This document shows, in pieces, positions 43,676 through 59,338 of a stretch of DNA of 64,000 bases (positions are counted from its first letter, which is position 1; each line of letters opens with the position of its first letter). A model generated the notes under the pieces. That model made no database searches, had not been told where the DNA came from, and saw only the letters and a list, made by a program, of their open reading frames with translations. A program made the position numbers and the translations under genes. The DNA is from Neoconidiobolus thromboides FSU 785. Taxonomy: Eukaryota; Fungi; Entomophthoromycota. Location of the stretch: the NCBI GenBank assembly GCA_025603075.1, contig MU626366.1, forward strand, positions 10,492 through 74,491, given 5' to 3'.

Positions 43676-43854
43676 ACAATAATAGCAAGTTATTTTAGTA
43701 AAAGTAAAAATAGATTATATAATAACGATTTGACAACCAACTGATCATTTATCAGGGATATGTGATAAATATAGAAAATATGATTCGTCAATATTATGTC
43801 TGCGCAATTCGTCATTTATTTTGATTATTTGAATTTTAATTTTTTCATTCTAAA

Positions 43855-45123
43855 ATGTCAAGTTTATCAGAGAGTATACGTAAGAAGATAGATTCTATGC
43901 GTGAGGAGAAACGCACCCACTTTGAAAAGATCAAGGGCGAAATTGATATGGAAATCCATCGTAAAACTATTCTATCAGAGCAATTACATACCAAGTTTGA
44001 TGAAGCAGTAAGATCATATCAAAAATTAATTGAATCCCGTTCTGAAAGGGAAGGTATTGAAGACGAAATAAACCCGTTTTTAAAGTTTAAATACCCAAAC
44101 CCATTTTTAAGCAACTCATTAGATAGCAATCTAGGGTCAGCCATTTCAGCTTCTAGATCCATAGATACTAATAGTCAAGACGGGGAAACTCAAAACAACA
44201 ACCAGCCCTTAGAAAAGGAAATTCATAGCATTGATTCAAATTCAGATGGTGAGCAAAGTTCAAATGGCGATTCACCTTTTAACAACCGAGAGAGTGCTAT
44301 GAAACCCGAGTTAAATCGTCAAGAAAGTACCATAAATACTGATTCTAACAACCAGAGGTCTAACCCAAATTTAAAGGTAAAAACCATATTGAAAGGTAAA
44401 AAAATTAATTATGGCATCCTTTATGATGCAATCAACGCAATTGGTAAGTCAATTGAAGGGGATAAAAATGAAACGCGAGAAGAGAAAATCAAAAAGGCAC
44501 TTGAAAAGTGCTATGAGCTTAAAGATTTTTATGATGGTATCTCTAAATCTTTACACATGTCACGCCGTAGATTAGATTTATGTAGAAGAAACTATCGTCG
44601 AGAATTACAATCATTCGATAGGTTAGAAAGAGAATTGATTGGCATTTCGGATAATTTTGAAGTTATGCTTAAAGATGAGTTAGAAGATAACTTAAACGAT
44701 ATAGTTGATAAGGTAAAAGACAAATCAGCAGAATCTTTGGAATGCCTTAGATCAAGAAGAGACCGTGTAATTCATAAAAGTCAGAAGCGTAATCGATTTT
44801 TGAATCGTTTGGGAGCTAAAAACGATCATTCTAAAGGTATTAAATCAAGACAAATATCAGATGTAACTCAAAAAAACCAAGAAGTTTATGATAAAGTAAC
44901 TGGGCAGAAACGTAAGTCCGGGGCATTGACCCAATCAAAAGCCGCAACTGAGATAGATGAATCTAATGAGTCTGTCAAAGGATCATCTAAAAGCAAAGTA
45001 ACCGTTGAAGAGCCTGCCAATGGAGGCTTTAATTCTTCAAAGATTGCTTTAACAGCTTCTGGAGTGGCTCTTATACCATTTGCCTATAATTATATTTTCC
45101 CTTTTATTCGTCAAATGTTTTAA
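43855..45123 (+). CDS. Unrecognised coiled-coil protein with hydrophobic C-terminal tail, intronless
   Basis: 422-codon ORF with E/K/R-rich helical blocks, a Ser/Asn-rich linker and C-terminal IALTASGVALIPFAYNYIFPFIRQMF. Confidence 0.75.
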   Translation: MSSLSESIRKKIDSMREEKRTHFEKIKGEIDMEIHRKTILSEQLHTKFDEAVRSYQKLIESRSEREGIEDEINPFLKFKYPNPFLSNSLDSNLGSAISASRSIDTNSQDGETQNNNQPLEKEIHSIDSNSDGEQSSNGDSPFNNRESAMKPELNRQESTINTDSNNQRSNPNLKVKTILKGKKINYGILYDAINAIGKSIEGDKNETREEKIKKALEKCYELKDFYDGISKSLHMSRRRLDLCRRNYRRELQSFDRLERELIGISDNFEVMLKDELEDNLNDIVDKVKDKSAESLECLRSRRDRVIHKSQKRNRFLNRLGAKNDHSKGIKSRQISDVTQKNQEVYDKVTGQKRKSGALTQSKAATEIDESNESVKGSSKSKVTVEEPANGGFNSSKIALTASGVALIPFAYNYIFPFIRQMF

Positions 45124-45297
45124 TGGTTAAGTTGTAACTTGATTATTATATTTCTGCTTTTTGATTTATTTTATTTTTCAAAGCTAGTAAAGTATTTATT
45201 TACAAAAATTTTGTGTAAAACTTAATTCTTTTGAAAAACTAAAAACACTTATAAATGAGATGATATTAAAATAATATCAGTAATAACAGGAGATATG

Positions 45298-45403
45298 ATA
45301 TGAGGATGTTTTTTTTAATTTGATCACTTTTTGATTTTTTAAGTACTATTTAAATGGAAAGACTATCAGTAGAACTCTTAAATAAAAAAACACATCACCA
45401 TAT
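45298..45403 (-). mobile_element. Foldback repeat, copy 11 (diverged)
   Basis: ATATGAGGATGTTTTTTTT...ACACATCACCATAT, between convergent genes. Confidence 0.75.
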
Positions 45404-45690
45404 ACAATATTTGAAAGTAAATTTGTAATTAAAGTCATAAATATATATTTATAAAAAAATTATTTTAAACTATTTAAATTGAACTCTTGTTACCTTTTGC
45501 TCCATGTAAAAGCTTTGATTATTATTTATTATTTAATATCAGTTCAATGAATATAATTTGATAAAGATAAATATTTAATAATATAATTTATATATTTGAT
45601 AATAAAAATTTAACTTAAGATTTAATTGGCTTATGTCTTAATATTAGTATAAAATTAAAGAATAATGTATTATTTATTTTAAGTTATTAT

Positions 45691-47890
45691 TTAATTAGAA
45701 GCATGGTGAGCATTAGTCTCTAAATCAAACTCATCAGGTTGCTCTTTCTTTTCTGAAGTTGAAGGCTCTGATTCATCAAAGTAATTTTCAACATTTGGTT
45801 CTCTACCAAATTTAGTCATTAACCAATCCCATCTTGAGATGTCATGTGATTCTGTCTTAGTACCAATTAATAGGACTACAAGTGTCATAAATACTATACC
45901 AATTAAAAGTCCAGCCCAAGCAGGGTAAGCATTAAAACCAACAGGAAGATAACCAAAAATAACGGAAGTAAGTGCTACTAATAAAGCATAAGGTAATTGA
46001 GTAGTAACGTGATCACGTACTGGACATTTAGATGAAAGCGCGGAAAGGATAGAAGTGCCTGAAATTGGAGAACATTGGTCACCGAAGATAGCACCAGTTA
46101 AAATAGATGAGATGCAGTGTACTAATAAATCATGGTCATCTTTAGCTGAAGCATGTACTAAAGGAATAACTAAAGGAAACATTATAGTCATAGTACCCCA
46201 AGAAGTACCCGTGGTAAATGAAATAATACATGAAATAATAAAAACCAATACGGGTACGGCGTGAGGATCAAGAGTCGTAGAAAGAGAAGATACAATAAAG
46301 GTAGCAGCACCAAGGTCGGCGAAAGCAATACCAATACTCCATGCTAATATCAAAATAAGTAAAGGCTCAACGATATCTTTGATACCATGTAAAAAGATAG
46401 CAATAGAAAGTTGGAAAGACATAATATTTTGAATGCGGTATAATATCATTGCTATGATACAAGCAAGGAAAGAAGAGTATAATAAGGAACCATAAGGATC
46501 CCCAGAGCCTGCTAAACCTGTGGCGGATAAATCGGGCACTTCTTCTTGCATTTGTTTATAATAACCACTCATGAAAAGGGCAACAACGGTAACAACTACA
46601 ACTACAATAATAGGGATAACAGCGTTAATCCAACGACGTGGAGTTTGATCACTTGGTTTAAGTGGATCAGTGTCATTCACATCACCAATCAAAACGGTAT
46701 TGTCTTTAACTAAACGTTTTCCAAAGAAAGCTCTACGTTCAGCAACTAGCATTGGACCAAAATCGCGTTTCAAAACCAAAATAATTATAATGAATAATAA
46801 CATATAAAGAGGATAGAAACGAGATTGAATAGTTTCCAAGAAGATCAAGAAAGGCTCTTTATCAATTTTTAAAAGAGTAAATTGAGCTTTAATTAACCCG
46901 ATTTCGAAACCAATCCAGGAAGAGATAGGAGCAATTGAAGCTGGTGGAGAAGAAGTTGCATGAACTAAGAAGGCTAACTTTTCTCTTGATAAGAATAAAG
47001 TATCTGTGACAGGTTGCATATTTGAACCAACAATCAAGCAAGAAGCAAAATCATCGAAGAAGATCAAGATTCCTACTATAAATGTTGCCCATTGACCTCT
47101 CCAGCGGTTGGTTGCTAACCTTGTTACGCTGTTTGCCATACCATGGGCACCCCCTGACTTTTGAATTAAAGCGATCAAACCAGAAAGGTAAAATGTGAAT
47201 AATATAATTTTAACATTATCGGAGTTAGCTACAGCTTGTACAGTATAGTAATCCAACATACGTAAAAACCCGTTAACTGGATTAAAACCATTAATGAACA
47301 TTGAAGAAAGGAATAAACCTAACATTAAAGCAAAAAGTGCTTGAGAAGAAAACAATGCTACTGCTAATAAGACGATGATAGGAATTAAAGTAACGCCACC
47401 GGGCATACCATGGACAGTTCCAGAATTAGTTCCAATTTCTTTATCATCTGCTGAAACAGAGAGTACCACTCTACGTGCAACAGCGGAAGGAATATCAATA
47501 TCGGAAATTGAATAAGTAGAAGCCATAAAACCTTGAGGAAGTGAAGCTGATAAAGATAGCTCATTACCATCATCTATGCTAAGTTTCCCAGAACTTACTT
47601 CTTTTTCGCTACCTTCTTCGCCAACTTTGACAACATAAGTTAAGTTGCTGGTAGTAGCTATTAAAAAGATAAGTTTATAGCTATTAATGAATTAGAATGA
47701 AATTACCTTTAGAATATATTAAATTGAATGAGAGTGACATTTTGAAGTTATATAGGACAACTTTAGGAAACGTAACATCCCCTAATGTTATTGGAGATGT
47801 AGAGTCATCTTGTGCATTAGTAGTTGAAAATAATAGAAATACTGATAGCAGTATATTCAATATAAAAGATTTGTAGTGTAATAATCTCAT
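45691..47890 (-). CDS. NhaC-family Na+/H+ antiporter-like transporter with N-terminal signal peptide and ectodomain, 2 exons
   Basis: Motifs FFDDFASCLIVG, SREKLAFLVHATS, FTTGTSWGT, GAIFGDQCSPISGTSILS and HVTTQLPYAL. Intron 47706-47658 links MRLLHYKSFILNILLSVFLLFSTTNAQ in frame. Confidence 0.88.
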
Positions 47891-49172
47891 AACACTAAAT
47901 TGAAATAAAAAACAATAAAAATTATTTAAATTGATTTATGCTGTTTTTTATACTATTTTTATTTCAATTTATTGATTCTATTAATATTCAATTTTCATGA
48001 TCATATGGTTTATCTAATAATTTAATCAAGTTATGTTCATTATCTGAAATCTACCTTAAATTAAGGATATTAATTTCAATAAAGGTTCTATACTAACCTA
48101 ATCTGCTTGTATATAAAAAAGAAAATATCTTAATTATTATAATTAATTATTATATATTTATGTATCTAACATAATAATAAAACAAATTTTATTGATAGTT
48201 TGGGTATATTTAATTAGCATAATATTCTTTAATAGTGAATATTATGCCTTTATTTTATATTTTTTGGTGGTAAATTTCGTTTTAGGCATATTCTTAAAGT
48301 GGAACTTTACCTTAATTCAGATGATCAGAAAATGAATTTATTACCCAGCATGACTAATATTGGTATGGTACAACTACATTTTTAAAGGATAGATAGCATC
48401 TGACTTAAACTATCAAAATATAAGTACATGTTTAAAGTAAAGTAGTTATTTAAAGAAACAAAAGTTCTTAAATTACTTATGTCTGCATTCATGTTATTCA
48501 TAATTCAATACATAGTGAAACCTTAAAATGATTTGTGTCAATTTTAATCCCCTGGTTTTATAATGTTTTACTTTGAGATTTAATCAATTATATATAATTT
48601 AATTAGAAAATAAAAATTAGTTATAATATAATAACATTTATAAAAACTATAAACATTCTGATAGTTTTGAAAATTTCATGCTTCTGTTATAAAAGTCAAA
48701 GCTATCTGATAATAAAGTTTTTTATATTTCATTCCTTTAAATAGTATAATTAAAAGGAGCAAAGAATAAGATAAAAGAATTATAATACTTTTAAATTATC
48801 AGAACTGAGATCACAAAAATTTTATCTTTATGAATTCAATTTGCTTATATATCTACATTTTATTCTTCATTTTTATCAGAATATAGATTACGTTATAGTT
48901 ATAGCAAGCTATTACCTTATAAAAAAATATTGATAACAAAACGTTTCTAGCATAGTATGAGTTTTAATATGAACAAATTTGCTTATAAAAATGATATAAA
49001 AAGTGTTGGGTGCGATATAAATGCATCTGATTAATATGGCTCCTTCTTATCATAGTTAACTGATGTAAAATTTGTTATTTTAAAACCAATTAACAAAATA
49101 CTATGAATAATCAAATTATAAAAACAAAAATTTATTTATTTCATATAAATTGATAAACTATGTTTATAATAA

Positions 49173-50350
49173 TTAAAAGGACTCTAAATGGCTTATAAAA
49201 GTTAGTAACTCTAAGCGAGCTTTTTCTAAAAATTTCAATAAATAAGATAATCCAGGATGAGAGATTGTTAAATTGAGATAATCGTTTATCTCATATTCTC
49301 TTTGATTTATGATACTAAAAGACAATATTTAATTGAATAATATATAAATTATAGTAAACTATTACACAGTCTTTTTCTTCCCTTTTCTAGATGGTATTAC
49401 AGGCAAATAATTAATAAAGTCAATCTTTATATATTCTCCTTTAATATAAAATTGAATTATCAAATCATTTGGCAATGAAGGTGTAATTATCTAATTATCT
49501 AATTAATACTTATCAAATGATAGTAATAATATAATACATTATTTTCAGTTAATTTCTCCGGAAATAATGTACTCAAATCTGGTTTATTAAAACAAAGGAT
49601 AGATTTATCAAATATATAAAGCATGTTTTGAATTGTCTTAAAAAAGATTAATAAATCAAATATAAATAAAATAATTACATTGAATATCTCTTGTTTTGTA
49701 CGCTTCTTACTAATAAGTGCAATTTCATCTAATAGAGACTCCAAATAAAACTTTAATCTAGCAATCTAAAACGATTAATTGGTAAATTCATCTATAGCAA
49801 TACCTTATAAAACATTACTTGTTCTAAGTGATAAAATTTATTTTTAGTTAATTTTATTTGGAATAAATGTTTGTTATTAAACAATGCCATCTGTGCTATC
49901 AAATCCTATTTGTTTTAAACATTATTAAGTTTTATTACAAAAGTAGTAATAAATTACCATTTTAATGATCTTGTCCTGAGTAATTAAAAGACTTCCTTTA
50001 ATATTTGGATTTCTAAATAAGTGATATTAGTATATACTTTAAACTTTATTTAGCTTCTTACTCATCAGAAATGACTAGTTCAATTGGCTTTGAAGTATAG
50101 TTATCTGTTTGATATCGATTATTAAATTATAAAATGCCTAAAAATAAATATACTTATGTTGAAATAATTTTCAGAAAAGATGTTGTTTAGTTCTTGGTTT
50201 ATTACATTTATCATGGAAGGGAATTCATTATTTAATAAGAGATCAAGCTCTCTCTCCTTTTTGCTTTTAAACTTATTTGAATATTTTTAATATACAAAAT
50301 ACCATTTGTTCCTTCTCATACTGTAAAAGTTTTAAATTGGACTTGATCAT
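49173..50350 (-). CDS. ROGDI: ROGDI/Rav2-like (RAVE/Rabconnectin-3 subunit), multi-exon; start uncertain (50350 or 50319)
   Basis: Spliced segments ERELDLLLNNEFPSMI, NPNIKGSLLITQDKIIKMDL, KFYHLEQI, ITPSLPNDLIIQFYI and REYEINDYLNLTISHPGL parallel the Rogdi pattern (VKGVLTL, WKLQQI, P.LP.DL..YI). The introns I delimited are GT-AG. Confidence 0.72.
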
Positions 50351-50397
50351 TTTAAAAAAGAAAATAAATAAACAAAATTAAGTTTTTTGTAATTTAA

Positions 50398-52256
50398 ATG
50401 CAGTTGGAAGTCAAAGTTGGAAAAGAAATACATAAAAATCAAGACAATAATCTCAATAATTTTATTATAAAAAAAGAAAAAGGAAGTGATATTAAAGATA
50501 TCAAAAATAACAATGATAAAATAGACAATAATAATATAGATAATGATAAAAAAAGTAACGATGACTATAAATTTAAAAGGAATTTAAAAAACAATACAAT
50601 TTTATCTCATTTTAAAATTACAAAAAAGAGTAATAGTAGTAAAATGAAATATGATGATATTATCAATAAATTAAGTAGAGATTCATTTTCAATATATCAT
50701 GACCAAAGCTATCATAAACTTGAGAAAGAACAAATAAATGAGTTCAAAATTAAATTATTAGACTGGTTTGATGAAAATAAACGGAAATTACCTTGGAGAG
50801 TCAATTTGGAAAACGATACAACAGATGAATTAAAAAATTTAAATGCATATAAAGTATGGGTTAGTGAGATTATGTTGCAGCAAACACAAGTTGAAACAGT
50901 TAAGGAATATTTTATAAAATGGATAAAGTTATTTCCAACTATTGAGTCATTAGCTTTAGCAGATATTGAGAAAGTTAATATTGCGTGGGCAGGTTTAGGT
51001 TATTATCAAAGAGCAAAAAGATTACATGATGGTGCAAAATTAGTAGTTGATAAATTTAGTGGTAAAATTCCAAATAATTTAAATGATTTACTTTCACTTC
51101 CGGGTATTGGCCCTTATACCGCAGGCGCTATTGCTAGTATTGCTTTTGGTTTGCCTTGTGAAACAGTAGATGGTAATATAATGAGGGTGATAACCCGTAT
51201 TTATGCTATTTCAGGAGATATAAGAGCTCAATCAACTGTAACTATTTTATGGGAAAAGGCTAAAGAACTTTTGAATAAAGAGAGGCCTGGTGATTTTAAT
51301 CAAGCATATATGGACTTTGGATCTTCAGTGTGTACATCTACAAATCCTAAATGTAATATTTGTCCATTTTCTGGAAAAGATGGAAATAAACCAATATGTA
51401 AGGCATATTTAGAGGTAAGCTAAACAATGTTATAAGCAATTGACGTGACTAATAATTTTTTAGAGTCAAATAGAATTACCAGATCTATTAGATTTAGAAG
51501 ATTTAGAAAAACTATATGACATTCCTTCACACAGAGGTATATTATTCACATCACCAAGAGGGATAGTTTTTATTTAATCTTTTTATACAGAGTGTAATAT
51601 GTGTACTGAAATACCAAACGGAGAGAAAGGGATAATACTTTTTCCAGTAACAAGATATCCATATAAATCCCCAAATAAAAAGAAAAGAGATGAAGGTAAA
51701 ATTATTTATATACCGTTGATACAAATAATTAACGGTAAATTAGAATGTATAGTTTTGGTTATTAAAAAAATAGATAAAGGTAACAAAAGTAATTTTTTAA
51801 TGATCAAAAGACCGAACAAAGGTAATGTATTTATTGACTAGAACATTCATGTTAATTATTTTAGGCTTATTAGCTGGTATGTGGGCGTTCCCATATATTG
51901 ATATTAGTACAAAGGAGGCAACCAATAAGATAAGTAAAAAAGGGCAATCAAGAGCGAAAAAATATCCTAAAGGTGATATTGATTTTGAACATAGCAAAGA
52001 GCTGGAAGCTCTTTATAATAGATTTATTCGAAACCAATCGATGTATGATATTTATGATAAAATAAAGTATCATGGACCCGTATCACACATATTTAGTCAC
52101 ATAAATCAAATATATCATGTCTATTCAATTACTATAGATGAAGTAGAAAGTGGGGTTAACGAAGATAAAATAAAATGGGTGGATCATCCAAATATTGTAT
52201 CATTGCCAACTGCATTTAGCAAAGTTTGGAAGAAGACGAATTTTGAAAATCAATAA
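50398..52256 (+). CDS. MUTYH: A/G-specific adenine DNA glycosylase MutY/MUTYH, multi-exon
   Basis: WVSEIMLQQTQV, GLGYYQRAKRL, HhH LPGIGPYTAGAIASIAF, VDGNIMRV, 4Fe-4S CTSTNPKCNICPF...C, and a NUDIX-like C-terminus (GLLAGMWAFP, HIFSHI). Confidence 0.93.
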
Positions 52257-52860
52257 AGCATTTTCATTTTATTATCTCATTTTTTAACTATTAGAATAAT
52301 AGTTTACAACTAAGAATTTTACATTTCACTTAGATAAGATTTTATTTAGCATGTATAGATTCTCTTTAAGTTAACTCTCATATGAATAACAAGCCTACTT
52401 TGTTGAAACTATGATATTTAATAAACATTTTCTCAACTAGATATAAAAACAACGTTTAAGCTTGTATTTAAGTAATAAATTTAAACTTATCATTGCTTAA
52501 ATGATAGTTACTAAATATCAAGTATCATATTGTACTTGAGGATTCAATGTAAACATTTAAAGCATAGTAATACAATGGCTTTAAGTGTATTATGTGACTA
52601 CTATTTAGTTACATCTCATGTCTTTTTTGTTGCTTATTTCGTGTTATTAAAATCCTTGGAAATTCTCGTACTAGTACATGAAAGTTAGATCCCATAGCTA
52701 GCAATCCCTTTAAAATTGATGATTGAACTTTGCAATTTTCAAGTAGACACTCAAAATCTAAGTTTGTTTTTTATTACAAAAATCAAAGTAAAATAATTTA
52801 TATAACAAATACTATTATTTAACAATCTTTTTTTTAGTTCTTATTATTTAACAACTCAAA

Positions 52861-53795
52861 ATGGTAATTTTATTAGCTACATATAATGTAAGTTTATAAT
52901 ATTTTTTTAGTCTTTGAGTAAAAACAATAAGTTGATCAACTTACTCAACTATCGATTAAGAGTAACTTTAATCGATAAAAGAGTATTTACAGGACAAATG
53001 ATGGCTTTTGATACTCATATGAATTTAGTAATTGCCGATTGTGAAGAATTTCGTAAAACCAAAGCAAAAGAAGGAAAAGAACAAGTAGAACTTAAACGTA
53101 CACTTGGATTAGTAATTCTTAGAGGAGAACATATAGTAACAATTTCAGTTGATGGACCACCACCACCAAATAGTGATCCTTCAAAGAATCGTATGAATCA
53201 AGTAAAACTGATTTAATATTAAGTTAACAAAATCTAAGTGTTTTATTTAGCTTGCACCTGGAACAGGAGTTGGTCGTCCAGCAGGACGTGGTATCCCTGC
53301 AGCTCCACCTGCAATGGCACCAGCAGGTAATTACATATTTTATATCATTTTTAATAAAATATTAATATATTTTAGGTTTGGCTGGACCAGTACGTGGAGT
53401 TGGTGGTCCAGCTCCTGGTATGATGCTTCCACGTGGACCAGGACAAGTACCTGTAGCATCTGCTGCACCTATACCTTACGGTCGTCCACCACCACCAGGC
53501 GTTAGACCAGGCATGCCTCCAGTTGGATATCGACCAGGTATGCCTCCAGGCCCAGGAGGATTCCGCCCAGGAGGTCCACTTCCTCCTGGTATGCGCCCAC
53601 CACCAGGTGGAATGGTAATTATATTAAAATTTAGTATACTTTTATTAATTATTATAGCCATTCCCACCACCACCACCAATGGGAAGAGGAGGTCCACCTC
53701 AAGGGTATTTTAATACATTTTTAATTATTGTTATTTAATTTAGTTATTATAGTTTTAATCCACCACCTCCATTTAGACCACCACCAAGGAATTAA
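52861..53795 (+). CDS. SNRPB: snRNP core protein SmB
   Basis: First coding exon is ATG only (intron 52864-52910); Sm fold [36 protein letters not shown]...LGLVILRGE; PGM/RPP-rich tail. Confidence 0.95.
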
Positions 53796-54165
53796 ATAAT
53801 GGAGAAATATTACTAACTGCAAATATTTCGAAACATATTTTTTTTGCAAAGGAAGTTGAAAATATCATAATAAGTAGTTTAAGTTGTAGCTTTTAATAAA
53901 TTCCTATTGAAAATATTGGACCTATGTTAAATGTTGGACATTAGATGCTAAATAAATTAAGTACTTGTTAATTAAATCATCAAATCATCAAATAGTAGAG
54001 CTTTTACTAAGTATATTTATAATATTAATTATTAAGAATTTATAACAAGTAGAAGGTTATTTATTTATCTGTTGTACTTTTAAATCATAATATTTAATAT
54101 TCAATAATATTTAGATTATTATACTAATATTTATATAGTTATTTAATAGCTTTGAAGTTGTTTAT

Positions 54166-55319
54166 TTATCCACGAAAATTATCTTTTTCAGAACGTAAAT
54201 ATCCCATGAATCCATGCTCATCATTTGAATATCCATATTTTTCTTGAAGTTGTTTATCTCTAATAATTTATTGCTTAATTAAAATACAAAACAGAAATGA
54301 TTTATTACTTGAATCTCATAAATGGATTTGTCTTTAACTCAGCTTCAATTGTAGATGGAACAGTACATTCAACAGTATTTATCCAACTTATCTTTTCCTA
54401 AAATTAAATTTATTAGTTAAATTTATTTATCTAAGCAAATAGGAATAAATGTTATACCTTTACTGCTTCATTATCCGGATCAATTTTTTTAACAAACTAC
54501 AATCTAATTTAATACGTATTATTATAGCTTGACTATATGTTACCTTGAAATTAGATGCAGTATATTCATGTCCACAATAAATTTTTGTATTTGATGGTAA
54601 ATTGGATAATTTAGATAAACTCAAACACATATCTTCTGGACTTCCTTCAAAAAAACGCCCACAACCACCTTCATTTGAGTTAGTTATTATTATTATATAA
54701 TTTATTATATTTACCTACAAATAATGTATCCCCGGTAAAAACTGCTGGGGTGACATTATTTTGGTCATCAAATTGATGTGTATTTTCAATAAAATAGCAT
54801 AAATGACCAGTTGTATGTCCAGGGGTAGCTAAGCATTTTACAGTATGGGAACCTAACTATATACAAGAAATAAAATGATATTAAGTAAATTCACTACAAA
54901 ATATAATAACAAGTTTACTTTAATAGTGTCACCATCGTTTAATATTTTATTGATTTTAGGTATACGTTCATCTTTTCCATAGATAATTATATTTGGAAAC
55001 TGTTTATGAAGCTCTTCATTACCTCCAGAATGATCCCTTAATAAAATGGATTTGAGTTTAAATTAAATTTAATATAGTTAATAATACCAATGATGATGGG
55101 TAGTTAATATACTACTAAGTTTACTTTCTGGGTATTTTCTGTTTATTTCGCTTAAAACTTTAGATGGTTCTACTGGATCAACAATAACAACTATAATTGA
55201 ATAATATATTAAATGTTTTATCCCAATACAGTATAATATATTGTACCTTCTTTATTGTCTTTATTGTATAAGATATAAGCATAATTATCTTCAAGCATAG
55301 GTACAATTGAGATTTCCAT
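54166..55319 (-). CDS. GLO2: Hydroxyacylglutathione hydrolase (glyoxalase II), multi-exon; absent from ORF track
   Basis: [22 protein letters not shown]|[33 protein letters not shown] and C-terminal LRSEKDNF. Confidence 0.92.
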
Positions 55320-56227
55320 TTTAAATTGACTTAATTTTACTAAAAATATATACTTTATTATAACTAGAATAAATACAAAATAATATTAATTACTGTTTGT
55401 ACTAAAATTTTTACTCGTGTTTTTTGTGATAAATTTTAATGATCTTAAAAGCATTAAACAATTGATAGTATATTACTAATACATTTAAAAATGATTATTT
55501 TTGTATCGTTACTTTTAAATTGTATATAATAAAATTAAGCTAATTGGTTAATTTAAGATGCGTCATTTTTAGATATGACATGAGATCAGATTGATTAGAT
55601 TCAATATAAAGTCTCTTTACAGGTTTTTATTATTAACAAACCAAAAAGGTTATAGGTATAGGTTGGAACAGTAATTAGTTTATTTATTAGTAAGCAAGGT
55701 TTGTTTTTGATTTAAAAATAAATCTACTGTTGCAACCATGAACATATCAATATTCAAAGTAAAAGTAGTAAGAACTTTTACAGAAAGAACTACAAATATA
55801 AAATAAATTTAGATAAAAGTTAATAATATGGTATAGCCATAAAAAATTAACAAATTTTTGATGAAAAACTTTAAACTTCAGTAGTTCATGGTAGTATTTG
55901 TTGACATGTTAAATCAATTCTGAGTTTAATTGATTTAAAGATTAAAAATTAAGATTGTGAGTTTTTAAAAAGAATCACTATGGTTTTTCAACCAATGAGC
56001 CGCCTATTTACAAATCGTTTTTAAAAATACTCTTTAATTTTTTTCGATTAAAGCTTGTCTTTCTAGCTTTCAATAACTTAAGATTGTATTTGAAATATAA
56101 AGGCAATTTTCACTGATTAAAATTGCTTATTTATAATATCAATTAAATTCACTTTCTATTCTATATTTTTTATAAGCTCAATTTTATATTTGATTATTTT
56201 TTTTTGATTTATTTTATAATTTTTTAA

Positions 56228-59113
<2,886 letters not shown>

Positions 59114-59338
59114 TTAAATAATATTATATAGCTAATTACTTAAGCTTACATCGATAATTATTCTTTATATGAATTGAATGAATAAACCTCATTATATATT
59201 ATTTAACAAATCAGTTTAAATTTAAGTTTATTACTTTTATTTTATTAATATCACAAAAATATATAAAATACAAAACAAGATATAAAACTAATATCGAAAA
59301 TTAGTTTTATTCATTTTAATATTTGTTTAATAAAAAAC

